64,000 bases of DNA from the NCBI RefSeq assembly GCF_004010195.1, contig NC_057728.1:45479419-45543418 (forward strand), read 5' to 3'. The translations under genes were made by a program, and so were the position numbers. The stretch comes from Chiloscyllium plagiosum (lineage: Eukaryota). Positions 1 to 11,759 of the stretch are shown here, in pieces (position 1 is the stretch's first letter; every line of letters begins with the position of its first letter). The notes beneath the pieces are model-generated. The model was given only the letters and a program-made list of their open reading frames with translations, was not told the origin of the DNA and searched no databases.

Positions 1-13
1 TTGTGTATTTCAG

Positions 14-122
14 AGAATACACAGTCAAAGAACTAGCAGGATTGAATAAAACATGTGCAGACATTCTGGCAACTCCTTTCAGATTCCAGAAGAATATCGA
101 GAACGTGATCAAAAATAAGTGA
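14..122 (+). CDS. Probable terminal coding exon of an unidentified host gene (EYTVKELAGLNKTCADILATPFRFQKNIENVIKNK*)
   Basis: Acceptor-like tgtatttcag ends at 13. Phase-2 start, 35 open codons and TGA at 120-122, followed by ~2 kb of repeat-free AT-rich sequence. Confidence 0.6.
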
Positions 123-2200
123 CTAATTTTACAGAATCCAGAAAGATACAAATCATTTCAAACAGCTGGCATTTTTTAATAGATCTGCCCATGTACCGTC
201 AGGCAAAATATGGTCTAAAGGCTGGCAAGATCCTCAAACACTAAGAAAAGAAAAGTATCAGAAAGGGGTGTTTGAAGTAAGGGGGCAAGTTGAATTTCAT
301 TCGGAGATTTGCTACAGTTGACAGCTAATAAAGAATTTGCTGAAGGCTTTCATTATGCTGAAAATAGTTTCTAAGTTGCTTACTTTCTAAGTAACACAAT
401 TCAAACACACACAACTTGCAAGAGGGATATAAAATAAAATTAATTTCCAGTTTTCATTTCAAAAACTGAAACATAAAAAGCTGACTGATAGCCACAGGGC
501 AGAATGAGATGCATGCGTACCTTTGGCTACTTTCATGACATTGTATACTATTCAATAATAACCGTCCATTTCCAGGCCTTCACTTTGTAAAATGATTTAA
601 ATTAGAACATAGAGTTAGTTGATACCTAAACCACAAGTTATTATGATTTTTGTTGGCGTCAGCAGAAAACACACATGTAACAATATATCTGTTCCACAAG
701 AAATCATCTGAAATTTCTAAAGAGTACTACAAAAGGTTTAAAGGGACAGATGACACAGATTAATTTTATGAAATGAAGTCGATGCAAGCTGACAGAGGTT
801 CAAGCAAAGTATTAAATGAATTCATTCTGATCAGATATTGTATTGTATCACAGGGAAACAATGTAAACTGACACTTAAACAGTAGTTAACCACAATTCTT
901 TTTTTCAAAAGCCATGCAATGTAATTAATACCTAGGTGCAGCTTTCACCAAAGTATGTTGTTATAGTGTGGAAGGTACATTTGGCTTTAATAATCTCTCT
1001 TCAAAGTGGACACACACGCAATGGATGCTCCAACTATATCCCACAGTGCACTCTCCAATGAATTCCAAAACCCTGGGGTGAATCCTCAAGATCCTTCTTC
1101 CAAAGCTATTACAATAAAAGTTACCTGATGATATGGATACACTTGGCTCAGTGAGCTTGATATCAATAGCTGTTGCATTGTTTCTCAGATTGCAATCTCA
1201 ACACTAGCTCATGCTGAACTAAGGCTCCAGCCAAACAAATATTTTCACACCTAGTTCCCAGCAGTAAGCTTTGCTGAGCTCAACTGGAGCTTAATTTGGA
1301 ATGGTTTTGTTAATTACTTCAATTCCCTTCTTCACTTGTTCACATGTGTTCACTTGTTATGGAAGCCTGGAATGAAAATGCTGCATTAGATGATAATCTT
1401 AAACGTAATCACTGCAAAAGTTGGCAGCATTTTCTTATTTCCCTAAGACTGAAGGTTTGATGATTTGATTAAACTCTAGTTTTGAATTTTTGGTATCATT
1501 TGCAATAATGTACCCCTTCAACAATGCACTATCAAAAGAAAATCTCCAAAAAAATCTTTGTTAAAATCTTTGGTTCTGAAAATTGCACATTATGCAGTAA
1601 AGCTGCTGTGATTAATGCAATAATGATCAGAATGATAACATGGGAATGTTCATCATTAGTTTTTAAAGATAAAAGAAAAACAAATGCAAATACGGTAAAA
1701 CTGAAATAGAGATGTATCTATTATTTGCCACCATTTACATCCTTGAAAACTGAACAAAAACAATGCATTGCTTTTAAGAGTATTTTAGCTCATTTAGAAA
1801 GGAAATACTTAAAAATAGAGAAGTCTGTTTATGATGCAAATAGTAATTGGGCAAAATTGTGCTCAAAAGTACACCCGTTTTGGGAAGTGCTCATTCTCTT
1901 GAGTTTCTGCAAACTCATTGTCGAATGTAAAATCTGTCATGACCAGTGCAATAATAAATCCTGCTTTAACTCTATTTTTTTGTGCTTTTAAGAGTGGTTT
2001 GTAGAGTTTAATTTAAAAGGTTAAAAATGGAATTTTCCCAAAAACAAGCCTCTTTATGCACAGTGTCAATTCAGCACGAGTGAATAACTTGACTTTGAAT
2101 AATGAAAAATTATGTTTCCAAAATATATTGAACCATTTATGATGTAGATGGCATAGTAGTTATTTCTTAATAAATGTGAAAATAAAGTTACATTCAAAAG
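123..2200 (+). other. Putative 3' UTR of the + strand gene
   Basis: Repeat-free AT-rich stretch between the stop codon and a cluster of AATAAA signals; recognisable repeats resume only after ~2800. Confidence 0.45.
2169..2186 (+). terminator. Candidate polyadenylation signals (two AATAAA)
   Basis: AATAAA at 2169-2174 and 2181-2186, with a GT-rich tract (ggttgtatttggtgtctc) at ~2245-2262. Confidence 0.4.
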
Positions 2201-2811
2201 CTTTTAAAAATGTACAATGTACATCAGTTTTCACAAATAATCCAGGTTGTATTTGGTGTCTCTTTGAAGGGCTGAGTCAATAGATAATTCCATAATCTTC
2301 CCATAATGGTGAGCACCATTCAAAGAATAACAATCAGTTTATTTGACCCTACGTATCTCATTTGGAATTAATTACTCCTGTAAAGTAAGTTGGCCTCTAT
2401 TTTAAAAAAAGGCATGCCATTATGTTATAGAATGAAAGAGTACAAAATGTGGCAATTGGTCCATTGTGCAATTGTGCCAGTTCTTTGATCCCTCTGTTCT
2501 TTACAAAAGCTGTGACATTTACTCCCATCAAAAATGTTCTCAATACTCATTTAAAACGTGTTCCTTCCACCAGCCTTTTACACAAAGCAATCCAGATGAC
2601 AACGACTCAAATTCTAAAATAATGTTTGCTTATGTTACCTGTGTTTTTCTGAGAAACATCTTAAATCTATATCCTCTGATTACCATCGTTTAGACTATTA
2701 AAACCCCCAATTTTGACGTGCTTTCTTATTGTCACGTGTACCCGAGTACAGTGAAAAATGCTGTTTTGCATACATTACAAGCAGAACATAACATGCAAAA
2801 AATTCTTCTTA

Positions 2812-3290
2812 GGGAGGTGGATGCATATTGGCTCATTCCTGAAGAAGGGCTTATGCCCGAAACGTCGATTCTCCTGCTCCTCGGATGCTGTGTTTTTCCA
2901 GCACCACATTTTTCAATAATGGTAATGAACTGGATTAGTAATTCAGAACTCCAGGCTAATATTCAGGTGATGGGTTTGAATTGCACCATGGCAGATGGTG
3001 AAATTTGAACTAAATAAAATCTGAAATATAAGTTAGTCTAATGGTGACAATGTTGACTGTTGTAGACACCCATCTGGTTCACTAATGCCCATTAAGGAAG
3101 GAAATCTGAGGCTTACTTGTGACTGCAGACCCATGTTATTTACTCTTTACTTTGAAATTGCATGCTACTCAATTGTGTCAAATTGCTATAAAGTCTAAAG
3201 AAAGGAATGGAACTAAAGAGACCACCTAGTATAGACCTAGGCATCAAAAAAGATGATAAACCAGCCTTGATGGGAAGGTTGTAAACAGGT
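2812..3290 (+). mobile_element. Old tRNA-head SINE-like repeat, interrupted by a family A Penelope fragment
   Basis: Similar to the minus-strand copies at 33830-34160 and 57460-57752 (atggcagatggtgaaatttgaa...ttcactaatgccc). Confidence 0.55.
2835..2870 (+). ncRNA. Minimal hammerhead ribozyme motif, family A, core intact
   Basis: attc-CTGAAGA-A-GGGC ttat GCCC-GAAAC-GTC-gatt; stem I is short and weak. Confidence 0.65.
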
Positions 3291-3509
3291 AACCAATACT
3301 AAATTGTTACTTGAAATATAACTGGGCAGTTGAAGAACTTCATTGGTCTCACGGCCAGCTGTTGTTGAACTGACCAGTGGCAGCTTGTGGTTTGTGTAAA
3401 GTGCTGTCATTTATTCTCCTTTCATCTAATTAATCTGTATCAATATTTTTACACACCTTTGGAGTAGATGGAACTAGAACCTGGGCCTCCAAGGTCAGGA
3501 TCCTCCTTT

Positions 3510-3713
3510 CAGGATTAAAGTGGTGCTGGAAAAGCACAGCAGGTCAGGCAGCATCCAAGGAGCAGGGAAGTCAACGTTTCGGGTAGGAGTCCTTCCTGAT
3601 GAAGGGCTCCTGCCCGAAACGTTGACTTCCCTGCTCCTCGGATGCTGCCTGACCTGCTGTGCTTTTCCAGCACCACTCTAATCTTGACTGCTCTCCAGCA
3701 TCTCCATTTCGCC
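3510..3713. mobile_element. Fold-back Penelope pLTR-derived non-autonomous insertion, family A
   Basis: Near-perfect inverted arms ~3513-3595 and 3601-3683; 14-bp TSD caggatcctccttt at 3496-3509 and 3714-3727. Confidence 0.85.
3594..3625 (+). ncRNA. Minimal hammerhead ribozyme motif, family A, core intact
   Basis: tc-CTGATGA-A-GGGC tcct GCCC-GAAAC-GTT-ga. Confidence 0.65.
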
Positions 3714-3729
3714 CAGGATCCTCCTTTTT

Positions 3730-5320
3730 AAGGTGAGTCTAAGGACCTGTCTTTGGTTAACAGTGGTAGAAGATAAATCAATCATATTATGTTCTTTGTT
3801 TCTTTGCAACCTTCACCTCTTTTACTGTTCTGAAACTGTGTTCTATTTCTGCATGTCTTCTGGAATTATCCAATTGTTTTATAAATATAGCATTCTTTTG
3901 TCCTAGCTGGGCACTTTTTGTGCTTTTGAAGCTTTGTTCTCTATGGTGCTGGCACTAACTCTTAACATATGTTATTTGGCCTATTCTTATTGTTTGACTG
4001 CCATGTGCGTTCATAGAAGTTTTTTTTTAACTTTTAAAATTGGACATTTTCCAGTGGTCTTTATCGTACGGTTGTCCTTCGTCTCTCATGTTTTGCCTTT
4101 AAATCTTACAGGATGCTGCTTCCAGAAAGTGCAAATAACTTTCTCCAAAGTCAAATATTTATTGAACTGTAATAATTCTGACAAACACTCAAGAATCCCA
4201 ACAACAATTCCGTCTGTTATGAATTCAAATTTCATATCTCCATTGTGTCGGTTCAACATTAATTTTAGAGGTAATTTATGACATTATCTATGTATTCCTC
4301 TGGATATCAAACTCTTTGGCTAAACCTTCCCCTTTCCAGCCAAGATACAGTAGTAATCAACATCTGTTAGAACCTCTTCAAAATATCAGTGCTTTCTTTC
4401 GAATAAAAGCAAAATACTGCAAATACTGACAATCTGAAACAAACACAGAGAATACTGGACAAACTCACAGGTCTGGCAGCATCTGCGGAGAGCGAAACAG
4501 AGGTAATGTTTTGAGCCCACTGTTTCTCCAGAATTCTCCTGTTCTTTTCTGTCCTCTCTTTTATACTTTGGTGATTTGCAACGTTATCAATAGTAATATC
4601 CATTGAACACAATGGTGTATTTACTTGCTCAACTTATGATTTGGTATTTAAAGTCTGAAGAAATTCTGTATCTTAAGAACTGTTTTCTCCAACATGCCAA
4701 ATCTTCCATTCTTGTTCAGCCTTCTCTGACAGTATAGCTTCACACCAATATTAAACTCCTACAAGTTCTTCTGAAAACACTTGTTTATTTGAATTATTTG
4801 AAAGCTGTTTTAAATTGATAGCATTGTTTGGTCTTTTTTGTGAAAAATTTAATGATTCCACAGCTGATAAATGCTGATAACTTTAAAACTTGCAATTCTT
4901 ACCTTAAAGTCTCTTCAAACATTTAAACTCTTTATGGTAGCAACGTTGCACCATCTGAAAAGCAAGTTTGAAATTCTGTTATGATTGTCTGGTACTATTT
5001 TTTCCAATAAAATCCTAAAATTCTGTACTTATGGCAAGACTGCTTGCTAGGATTTTCCCACTTTTTTTTTCTCATCGTAATGGCAGTTTGTTGCCTCTGA
5101 GTTTTCTAGCCTTCTGCAACAAAAATGGAGTTTCTCACTTCATCATAGGTAAAATAAATGTTTTCTTGCCTTTCATGGTCTAACATATAATATACATATT
5201 CTTGCACAACTTCTCAAATTTTGAATGCCCCAATCTTGTCTAACTCTTCTGGTAAACTTTGACTTCAAAATCTTTTAAATTGTCCTTCTGTTGTCTTAAA
5301 GGTATCTGTGGTCATGGAAT
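3730..5320 (-). mobile_element. Decayed Gypsy-type LTR retrotransposon gag region with a 3' LTR end remnant
   Basis: Minus-strand translations: WRKQFLRYRISSD..EQVNTPLCSM (~4600-4700), DGIVVGILECLSELLQFNKYLTLEKV (~4140-4215) and degenerate zinc knuckle KCPARTKECYIYKTIG*FQKTC (~3850-3915). Stops and frameshifts present. Confidence 0.75.
4403..4545. mobile_element. Family B Penelope-like terminal fragment inserted in the gag relic
   Basis: aaagcaaaatactgc...ggtctggcagcatctgcggagag matches copies at 18398, 49345, 52875 and 59790. Confidence 0.65.
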
Positions 5321-5903
5321 AAATTATTGGGCTGGATATCCCAAAGAGTGGCTGTCATGGTTGGATTGCTACTCCACTTCAACTTATTAATGATAAGAAC
5401 AGTTGTTCATTGCTGGGAGGACATTCAGATCACAGATACTGCAGAAATGCAGAGACGAACTTAAATGAAACTATGTCTTTGCACAGGTTAGTTGGGGAAG
5501 TAAAGCCACAGTACCGTTCATGGAAGTACTTGCCATATTCGGCATTTTAAATGTCCAGCAACACTTTAAAATTCTTCTGAAATGGTGACTATGAAAGTTT
5601 GGGGTGCAAGTTGAGAATGTCACCAGTTGTGTGGAGTGTCAGGTTGATAGGTTGTCAATGTTCCAGTTAAGACGGGTGCATGGTAAGTAAGCTGAAAGGT
5701 TGGCAGGGTGCCAGCTGGGCAGTGTGTCAGATGAGGTAGGGTGGCAGGTTGACAGGATGTCAATTGGGTAAGCTGCTGTGTGTTTAGGTTGCCAGGGTAT
5801 CAGATAGTAAGGGTGTGAGAGCACAAGGTGGAAAGATTGCTTGATAGTTTCTTGACTATTTAGGTAGATCAAAGTGAGCAGGGGGTATGCAATCTCATGC
5901 AAA

Positions 5904-5923
5904 GGGGGGGGGGGGGGGGGGGG
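5904..5923 (+). repeat. Poly-G tract (20 G) in a G-rich segment
   Basis: Direct reading. Confidence 0.95.
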
Positions 5924-6255
5924 TGTCCTGGATGGGGGTAGGATATTGGGTCCTGGGGGCAGATGGAGTTGTAGTGTCCAGCATCAGGTGAGAAGAGGTG
6001 GCCAGGTACTGATGTCAGATCTCAGGGGAGGATGGAGGATGTCTGGTCCAGTGACATGAGTGGGGATTGAGTAAGGTCCTGTGGGTGGGAGAGGATTACT
6101 AGGTTCTGAGTAGAGATAGGGAGTGTCAGGTGCAGTGATAGAGGGGCCATTGGTACCTTCTGGTATTTATATAATGATCATCACATTGTATGTCGCAGAA
6201 GCAATCATTGGCAACTTGTGGTTGGGATAGTGCACTGTTTCCAAATTTTAATTCT

Positions 6256-6540
6256 GTGTTGAGTATAAAAGTCTATTTGGTTAACAGCGGCAGAGAATAA
6301 AAATCCCGTGAATCTTCACAAGAAGAGGCATTTATTTTAACAAGAAGAAGCTGTTCATTGCATGATGACTAGGAGAGCAACTTACAGTAACTACTAAAGC
6401 TAATTGCAAACGCTATTGACAGCCTAACTTGACATTGTCTGTCTCCATCAGACTTCATGCTAGACTTATTTTCATCCACCTCAAAGATGGTCTGATTTCA
6501 TCAGATTGGGTGGAGCTTAATGCAGCTTAAACATTAACTC
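6256..6540 (-). mobile_element. Probable LTR related to the gag relic
   Basis: On minus it has AATAAA and ends ...ctgttaaccaaatagacttttatactcaacaCA; this end resembles 3730-3785. Confidence 0.45.
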
Positions 6541-8189
6541 TTGCAGAACCGTTACCTTTTCTAAGACACTAGTAACCCATTTTCTAGTTGTCACTACTTT
6601 TATATTCAACAGCTGTGCTTTCAGAAATCAAACGGTTTCACTGTACTAGCAAACAGCAACTGAATAACGATCTCTCGCTTGGCACTATAAAAGGACTATG
6701 CAATCCATTTGCGGTTGAAATATATCTTCACTGGTCAATTTAAGATGAGTTTTAAGCTTGCCAATGTTAGCCAATCAGTGACCCCTGTATTCTGGCATTG
6801 ATTTAGCAATTGAATAAATAGACCATGGCCATCATTCTCAGACTTTTTGAAAGGAAACATGGTCCAGATGGAGTACTGTAATTGCAGCAATTCAAATGGA
6901 ACACTTTTAGTAGGTTTGCGCAGGGAGCCTGTAAAAGATCCAGCAACCCTGAGTCTGAATACAAGTCACTGTTACATCAATTAAAATACATTTTATGAAT
7001 AAAAATATTGCACACACAGAAGTTTCATATAAATATGCATCTGGTTTAAGTATAATTATAAACCAGGCATAAGATTTTTGCATTCAAACCCATTCCTTAT
7101 TAATTTGTATCAAACAGAAATCCTGTTCCAAACATAACACTTAGTGATAAACGTAAAGTCTCAGCAAAAAATGCTCTCTATGTTATACATAATTAACATT
7201 GAACACAGTAAATATGGTCAAATTAGTTTCACATGGATTCAGCAGGACATTTTCAAACAATAGCCTGTGGAAGCAAAGTAATGATTCTGTTGATTTATTT
7301 AAATAGTTCTGAAGAATACATGCAGATTGGCTGTGGAACAAATATTAGTACATTGGGTTTTTATTTGCCACTTATAGAATTCCTGATCCGAGTTTAACAT
7401 TTCTTAACAAGGTAGAGATATGCTCAATAGAACTCACTTCATATTTCATGGAAGATTACTATAATAGTATACAGAGTATTAATGAGACAACAAGCAAGTT
7501 CATCTGAGAAGAATTTTAACGTATGAGTGTTCAGAAGTTAGTTACTGCCCAAAGGACAAATTCCACAAGATTTGAAGATGTATTGGGAATGCTAGGGAAG
7601 GGTCTTTTCAGGAGTGAGGTTTCCTTTATGTAAAAAAAATCAAGAGTTTTGAATTTGTATAAATATAGAAAACTATATTTATTTTGAGAGCTAAATGGTA
7701 GACTTGGGAAATTTAACATGTTGAAACTTTTTGATGGCTTCCATCAACACTCTTACTACTTATTTGTCAAGGCTAAACAGTAAATAGATCATTACTTAGC
7801 AGAACAAGTGACACTTTGATGTTGAAGCATTGATGTAATTTAAAATCCACAGGCAAAGCTGACCACATCACTCCCAAAAGACAGTTATTTTACAGATTTA
7901 GTTAAACCTCTGATTGAAAACTTCAAAATGTGATATGACATTGCTGTGGATAAAGCTAATAGATCCCACACGCAACCTACGAGGTCAAAACTCTACACAC
8001 TTACAATACTCAATTGTGAATATGCTGGAGAATTAACAACTAACAGGAGGAACATCCTTTTCCTTATTGAAGGCAAAGCTCAGCAATTAAGTAAAAAAAA
8101 TGCTGAAGCACTTGCAATTATTTGCAGCTAAAGTACTTCTTGGCAGGTTCCAGTTTTCAGCTAATTTCGGTCACAGTAAGAAATAGCTT

Positions 8190-8465
8190 TGGGCACTTAA
8201 CATAGCTAAGGTGACCAGCTCTGATAACATCACAGTTATTGTGAGGAAGACCTGTCATCCTCAATAAGTCACATCCTAACTTAACTCTTCTATGCACAGT
8301 TCTAACACAGGCGCTTTCCTGACATTGAAAATTGTCTATGTCTATCCTGACTTTTAAAAGCAGCACAACTTCTATCGAGCCAATCTCTGTTAACTGATGG
8401 AAGAAGTCATGAAGCATGCCACTAAATGTCTATTACTCACCAATAATCTGCTCAATGATGTAGAG
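8190..8465 (+). mobile_element. Ancient CR1/L2-type RT fragment
   Basis: Degenerate ALNIAKVTSSDNI..(W)KIVYVYP..LLTNNLLND. Confidence 0.55.
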
Positions 8466-9490
8466 TGAAGGACAAATTATATAAACTCTCTGGCGATGGC
8501 TAAACAGTGTGCGCGTGTAAGAAATACGATGTCAGATTACATGGGACTGAGATCGGAAGGAGATGGCTCTTATAAAGTTCTTGAACTCCAAGGAGATACT
8601 AACGATATTGATACATGATGTCAAGTGGTGACCAGACTCAGCAAAATAATGGAAAGCGCCAAGAAGAAATCTTGAAGAGAAACCCAATAGCCGCAGAGTG
8701 CAGCAGGTGAAGTGCTTCGATGCCAGTCAGCAATTTAACTGCAGAGAAGGGTAAAGACTGAAGAGAGAGTAATGGGTGGGAGATGGTGAGGCCAGCCCAG
8801 CAGTTTAACAGCAGTGAGGGAAAATGCATGAAATGCACATGGCATGGAGGCAGACTTCATATCAAACAATATCGAACAATATTTGTAACATATCGAAGAA
8901 AAACATGCACAAACAGACCATCCCAGCTCATCATTACTGAAGCCCTTGATAGCCAGACACACTGCCATTTCAAAATCTTTTGACATTTTCTGGCAAACAC
9001 AGACTCAGAGCAGCTACCTGCAGGTAAATCTATGCTTGGAAAGCCAAAGACGTTTCAAAGTAGCAGAGCAAGAATTCATGGCCAGTGTGTGTCTCTAAGA
9101 GTAAACGACAAGCAAGTCTACAGAATCCTGGATGTCAAGGCATATCATGCATTTGATAAAAACAAAGAAGGAAATCTAGGTCAGGTACAATGCATTAAAG
9201 TCCTTCAAAAGTTTAGACAGTGTAGGAGTGTGATTAAAAAGAAATTAGGAGTGTAAAGAGGGGTCACAAAATATCTTTGGCAGATGGAATCAAGGAAACC
9301 TCAAGGTTTTTTTGCAAACGTATTAAGAATTAGAGGATTACCAGGAAAAGAATGGGACCTACCAGAGATCAAAGGAGCAATCTGTGCATGGAGCCAGTGG
9401 ATGTGGGTGAGGTCTTAAATGAATACTTCTCAGCTGCATTCACAGAGGAAAGAGACATTGTAGCCAGGGATTTCAGTTGAGGTGGGGAGG

Positions 9491-9616
9491 TTATGCATCT
9501 TTATACCTGCTGAAACATCTAATACTTTCTTCTTATTAATCTTAACATGTTCTATAACATGTTAAGACTAATAAGAAGAAAGTATTAGATGTTTCAGCAG
9601 GCATAAAGATGCATAA
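9491..9616. repeat. 61-bp-arm inverted duplication (hairpin) inside the CR1
   Basis: Arms 9491-9551 and 9556-9616, 4-nt loop ctat, 2 mismatches. Confidence 0.95.
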
Positions 9617-10439
9617 TTTCCAAGTGATGTTGAAATGTATCACAGCCTCCAACAGGAGGCAAAAGAGTAGATTTCTTGGACCCTGGCAGATATATTTAAT
9701 AAACTGTGGGCCATGGTGAAGTGCCAGATAAGTGGAGGATAGTCAATGTGGTTTTGTTCAAGAAGACCAGCACGAACAGACCAGGTAATATCAGACTAGT
9801 TAGTCTGACGTCAGTAGTAGGGAAATTATTTGGAGAAGATTACTAAGGTTACTAAATACTTTAAAAGGCAGAGATTGATCAGGGATAGTCAGCACTGATT
9901 TGTTATGTGGTGATCCTGCCTGACTAACTTAATTGAGTTTTTTTGAAAAGGTGACTAAATAGACTGATGATGTGATACAGTTGATCTAATTTTCAATAAC
10001 AAGGTTCCATAGGGAAGGCTGGACCAGAAGGTAAGAGCCATGGGATTCAAGGCAAGTTGGCAAACTGGGCCCAAAATTGACTTGCAAATAGGAGGCAAAG
10101 GACGATGGTGCAGGGCTGTTTTTGTGACTGAAAGACTGTGAACACTAGTATACCACAGGATTGATGCTGGGATGTTTGCTATGGACATTAATGACTTGGA
10201 TGGACTGTAGAAATTATAATTAGCAAGTTTGCAGATGACACAAAAATTGGGGGTGTTGATAGTGAGGAGGATGGTCTCAGGTTAAAGTCTGATATTGATC
10301 AGCTGGTAAATTAGGCAAAGTAATGGCAGATGGAATTTAATCCTACTAAGCACAAGGTGATGTATTTTGTGAGTTCTAATAAAGGAAGGATTTTCACAAT
10401 GAATGATAGTACTCTTGGGAGTACTGAGGAACTTTGGTC

Positions 10440-10530
10440 AAAGCATGTGGCTTTGGAAAAGCACAACAGATCAGGCAGCATCCGAGGAGCAGGAGAGTCG
10501 ACATTTTGGGCATAAGGCCTTCATCAGTGC
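10440..10530 (-). mobile_element. Family A pLTR fragment with a decayed hammerhead
   Basis: Minus reads CTGATGA-A-ggcc ttat GCCC-aAAAt-GTC-gac. Confidence 0.7.
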
Positions 10531-10659
10531 TTTCTCCTAACAAAGCAACCTTATTGTTTAAGTCTATAGATTCCTGAAGGTTTGCGAGTTTTGAGAAGAT
10601 TTGTAGCTTTGGTTGATGTTCTGGATGTAGGTTTGCTCGCTGAGCTGGAAGGTTCACTT

Positions 10660-10699
10660 TTAGACGTTTTGTCATCATCCTAGGTAACATCTTCAGTGC
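10660..10699 (-). ncRNA. Decayed hammerhead, family D (inverted copy)
   Basis: Minus: gca-CTGAAGA-T-gttacc taggat gatgac-aAAAC-GTC-ta. Confidence 0.55.
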
Positions 10700-10929
10700 G
10701 CCTCTGAATGAAGCACTGGTGGTGTAGCCCGCTTTCTATTTATATGTTTGAGTTTCCGTGGGTTCACGATGCCATTTCCTGTGGTGACATCATTTCATAT
10801 GGTGATGTCATTTCCTGTTCCTTTTCTCAGGGAGTGGTAAATGGGATCCAATTCAATGTGTTTGTCAATAGAGTTCTGGTTGGAATGCCATGCTTCTCAT
10901 GTGTGTCCCTGTTTGGCTTGTTTTAGTTG

Positions 10930-11595
10930 GTCTACAAGAAAACAACACATACAGACCAAATATTGAACTATAGAAGCAATCATTCCAACATCCACAAATG
11001 ATGCTGCATTAGAACATTATTTCAAGGAGCCACCACACATTGCAGCACAGAGGAACTACAAAGAGCAGAGGAAAATCAACAAACAGTGTATTAAAAAAAA
11101 GTACCCAATGAACACAGTCCACCAATTTCTGAGCAACAAACCCAAGCAAGCAGACAAAATGTGTCCAGAAACCTTGGCCACTCTCCCCTACTTCAAAGAC
11201 ATTTTGGAAATGACTGCCAAACTACTCATCATGATAGCCCACAAACCCACTAACACACTAAAATAGCTGCTAATGAACTTGAAAGACCCTACTCAGACAA
11301 AAAGTAAAACTAATGTCATTTACAAAATACCTTGCAAAAACTGTAACAATCACTACATTGCACAAACAGGCAGAAAACTAGCCACCAGGATACATGAACA
11401 TCAACTAGCCACAAAATGATATGACCAACTCTCACTAGCATCCTTACATACAGATGAGGAAGGACACCACTTTGACTATGACAACACATCCATCCTAGGA
11501 CAAACCAAACAGACACATGCATGAGAATTTCTAGAAGCATGATATTCCAACCAGAACTCTATCGACAAGCATATTGAATTGGATCCCATTTACGA
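10930..11595 (+). pseudogene. Penelope RT C-terminus and GIY-YIG endonuclease remnant
   Basis: TNVIYKIPCKNCNNHYIAQTGRKLATRIHEHQLATK*YDQLSL...EFLEA*YS...IDKHIELDPIY, with in-frame stops. Confidence 0.9.
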
Positions 11596-11719
11596 AAATG
11601 CACAGGAAATAACATCACCATAAGAAATGATGTCACCACAAGAAATGACATCACCAACCCAGGAAACTCAAACATATAAATAGAAAGCAGGCTACACCAC
11701 CAGTGCTTCATTCGGAAGC

Positions 11720-11759
11720 TCACCGAAGATGTACACTAGTATGGTGATGAAATGTCTGA
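11720..11759 (+). ncRNA. Decayed hammerhead, family D
   Basis: tca-CcGAAGA-T-gtacac tagtat ggtgat-GAAAt-GTC-tga; stem I tca/tga. Confidence 0.55.

Noticed and set aside
3510..3713. miRNA precursor or DNA-transposon MITE
   Set aside because: Multicopy repeat with long variable TSDs, asymmetric arms and a hammerhead core; fits Penelope pLTR products better.
8470..9005. Possible second gag-like relic (Cys/His-rich ORF at 8783)
   Set aside because: Too degenerate to assign by eye.
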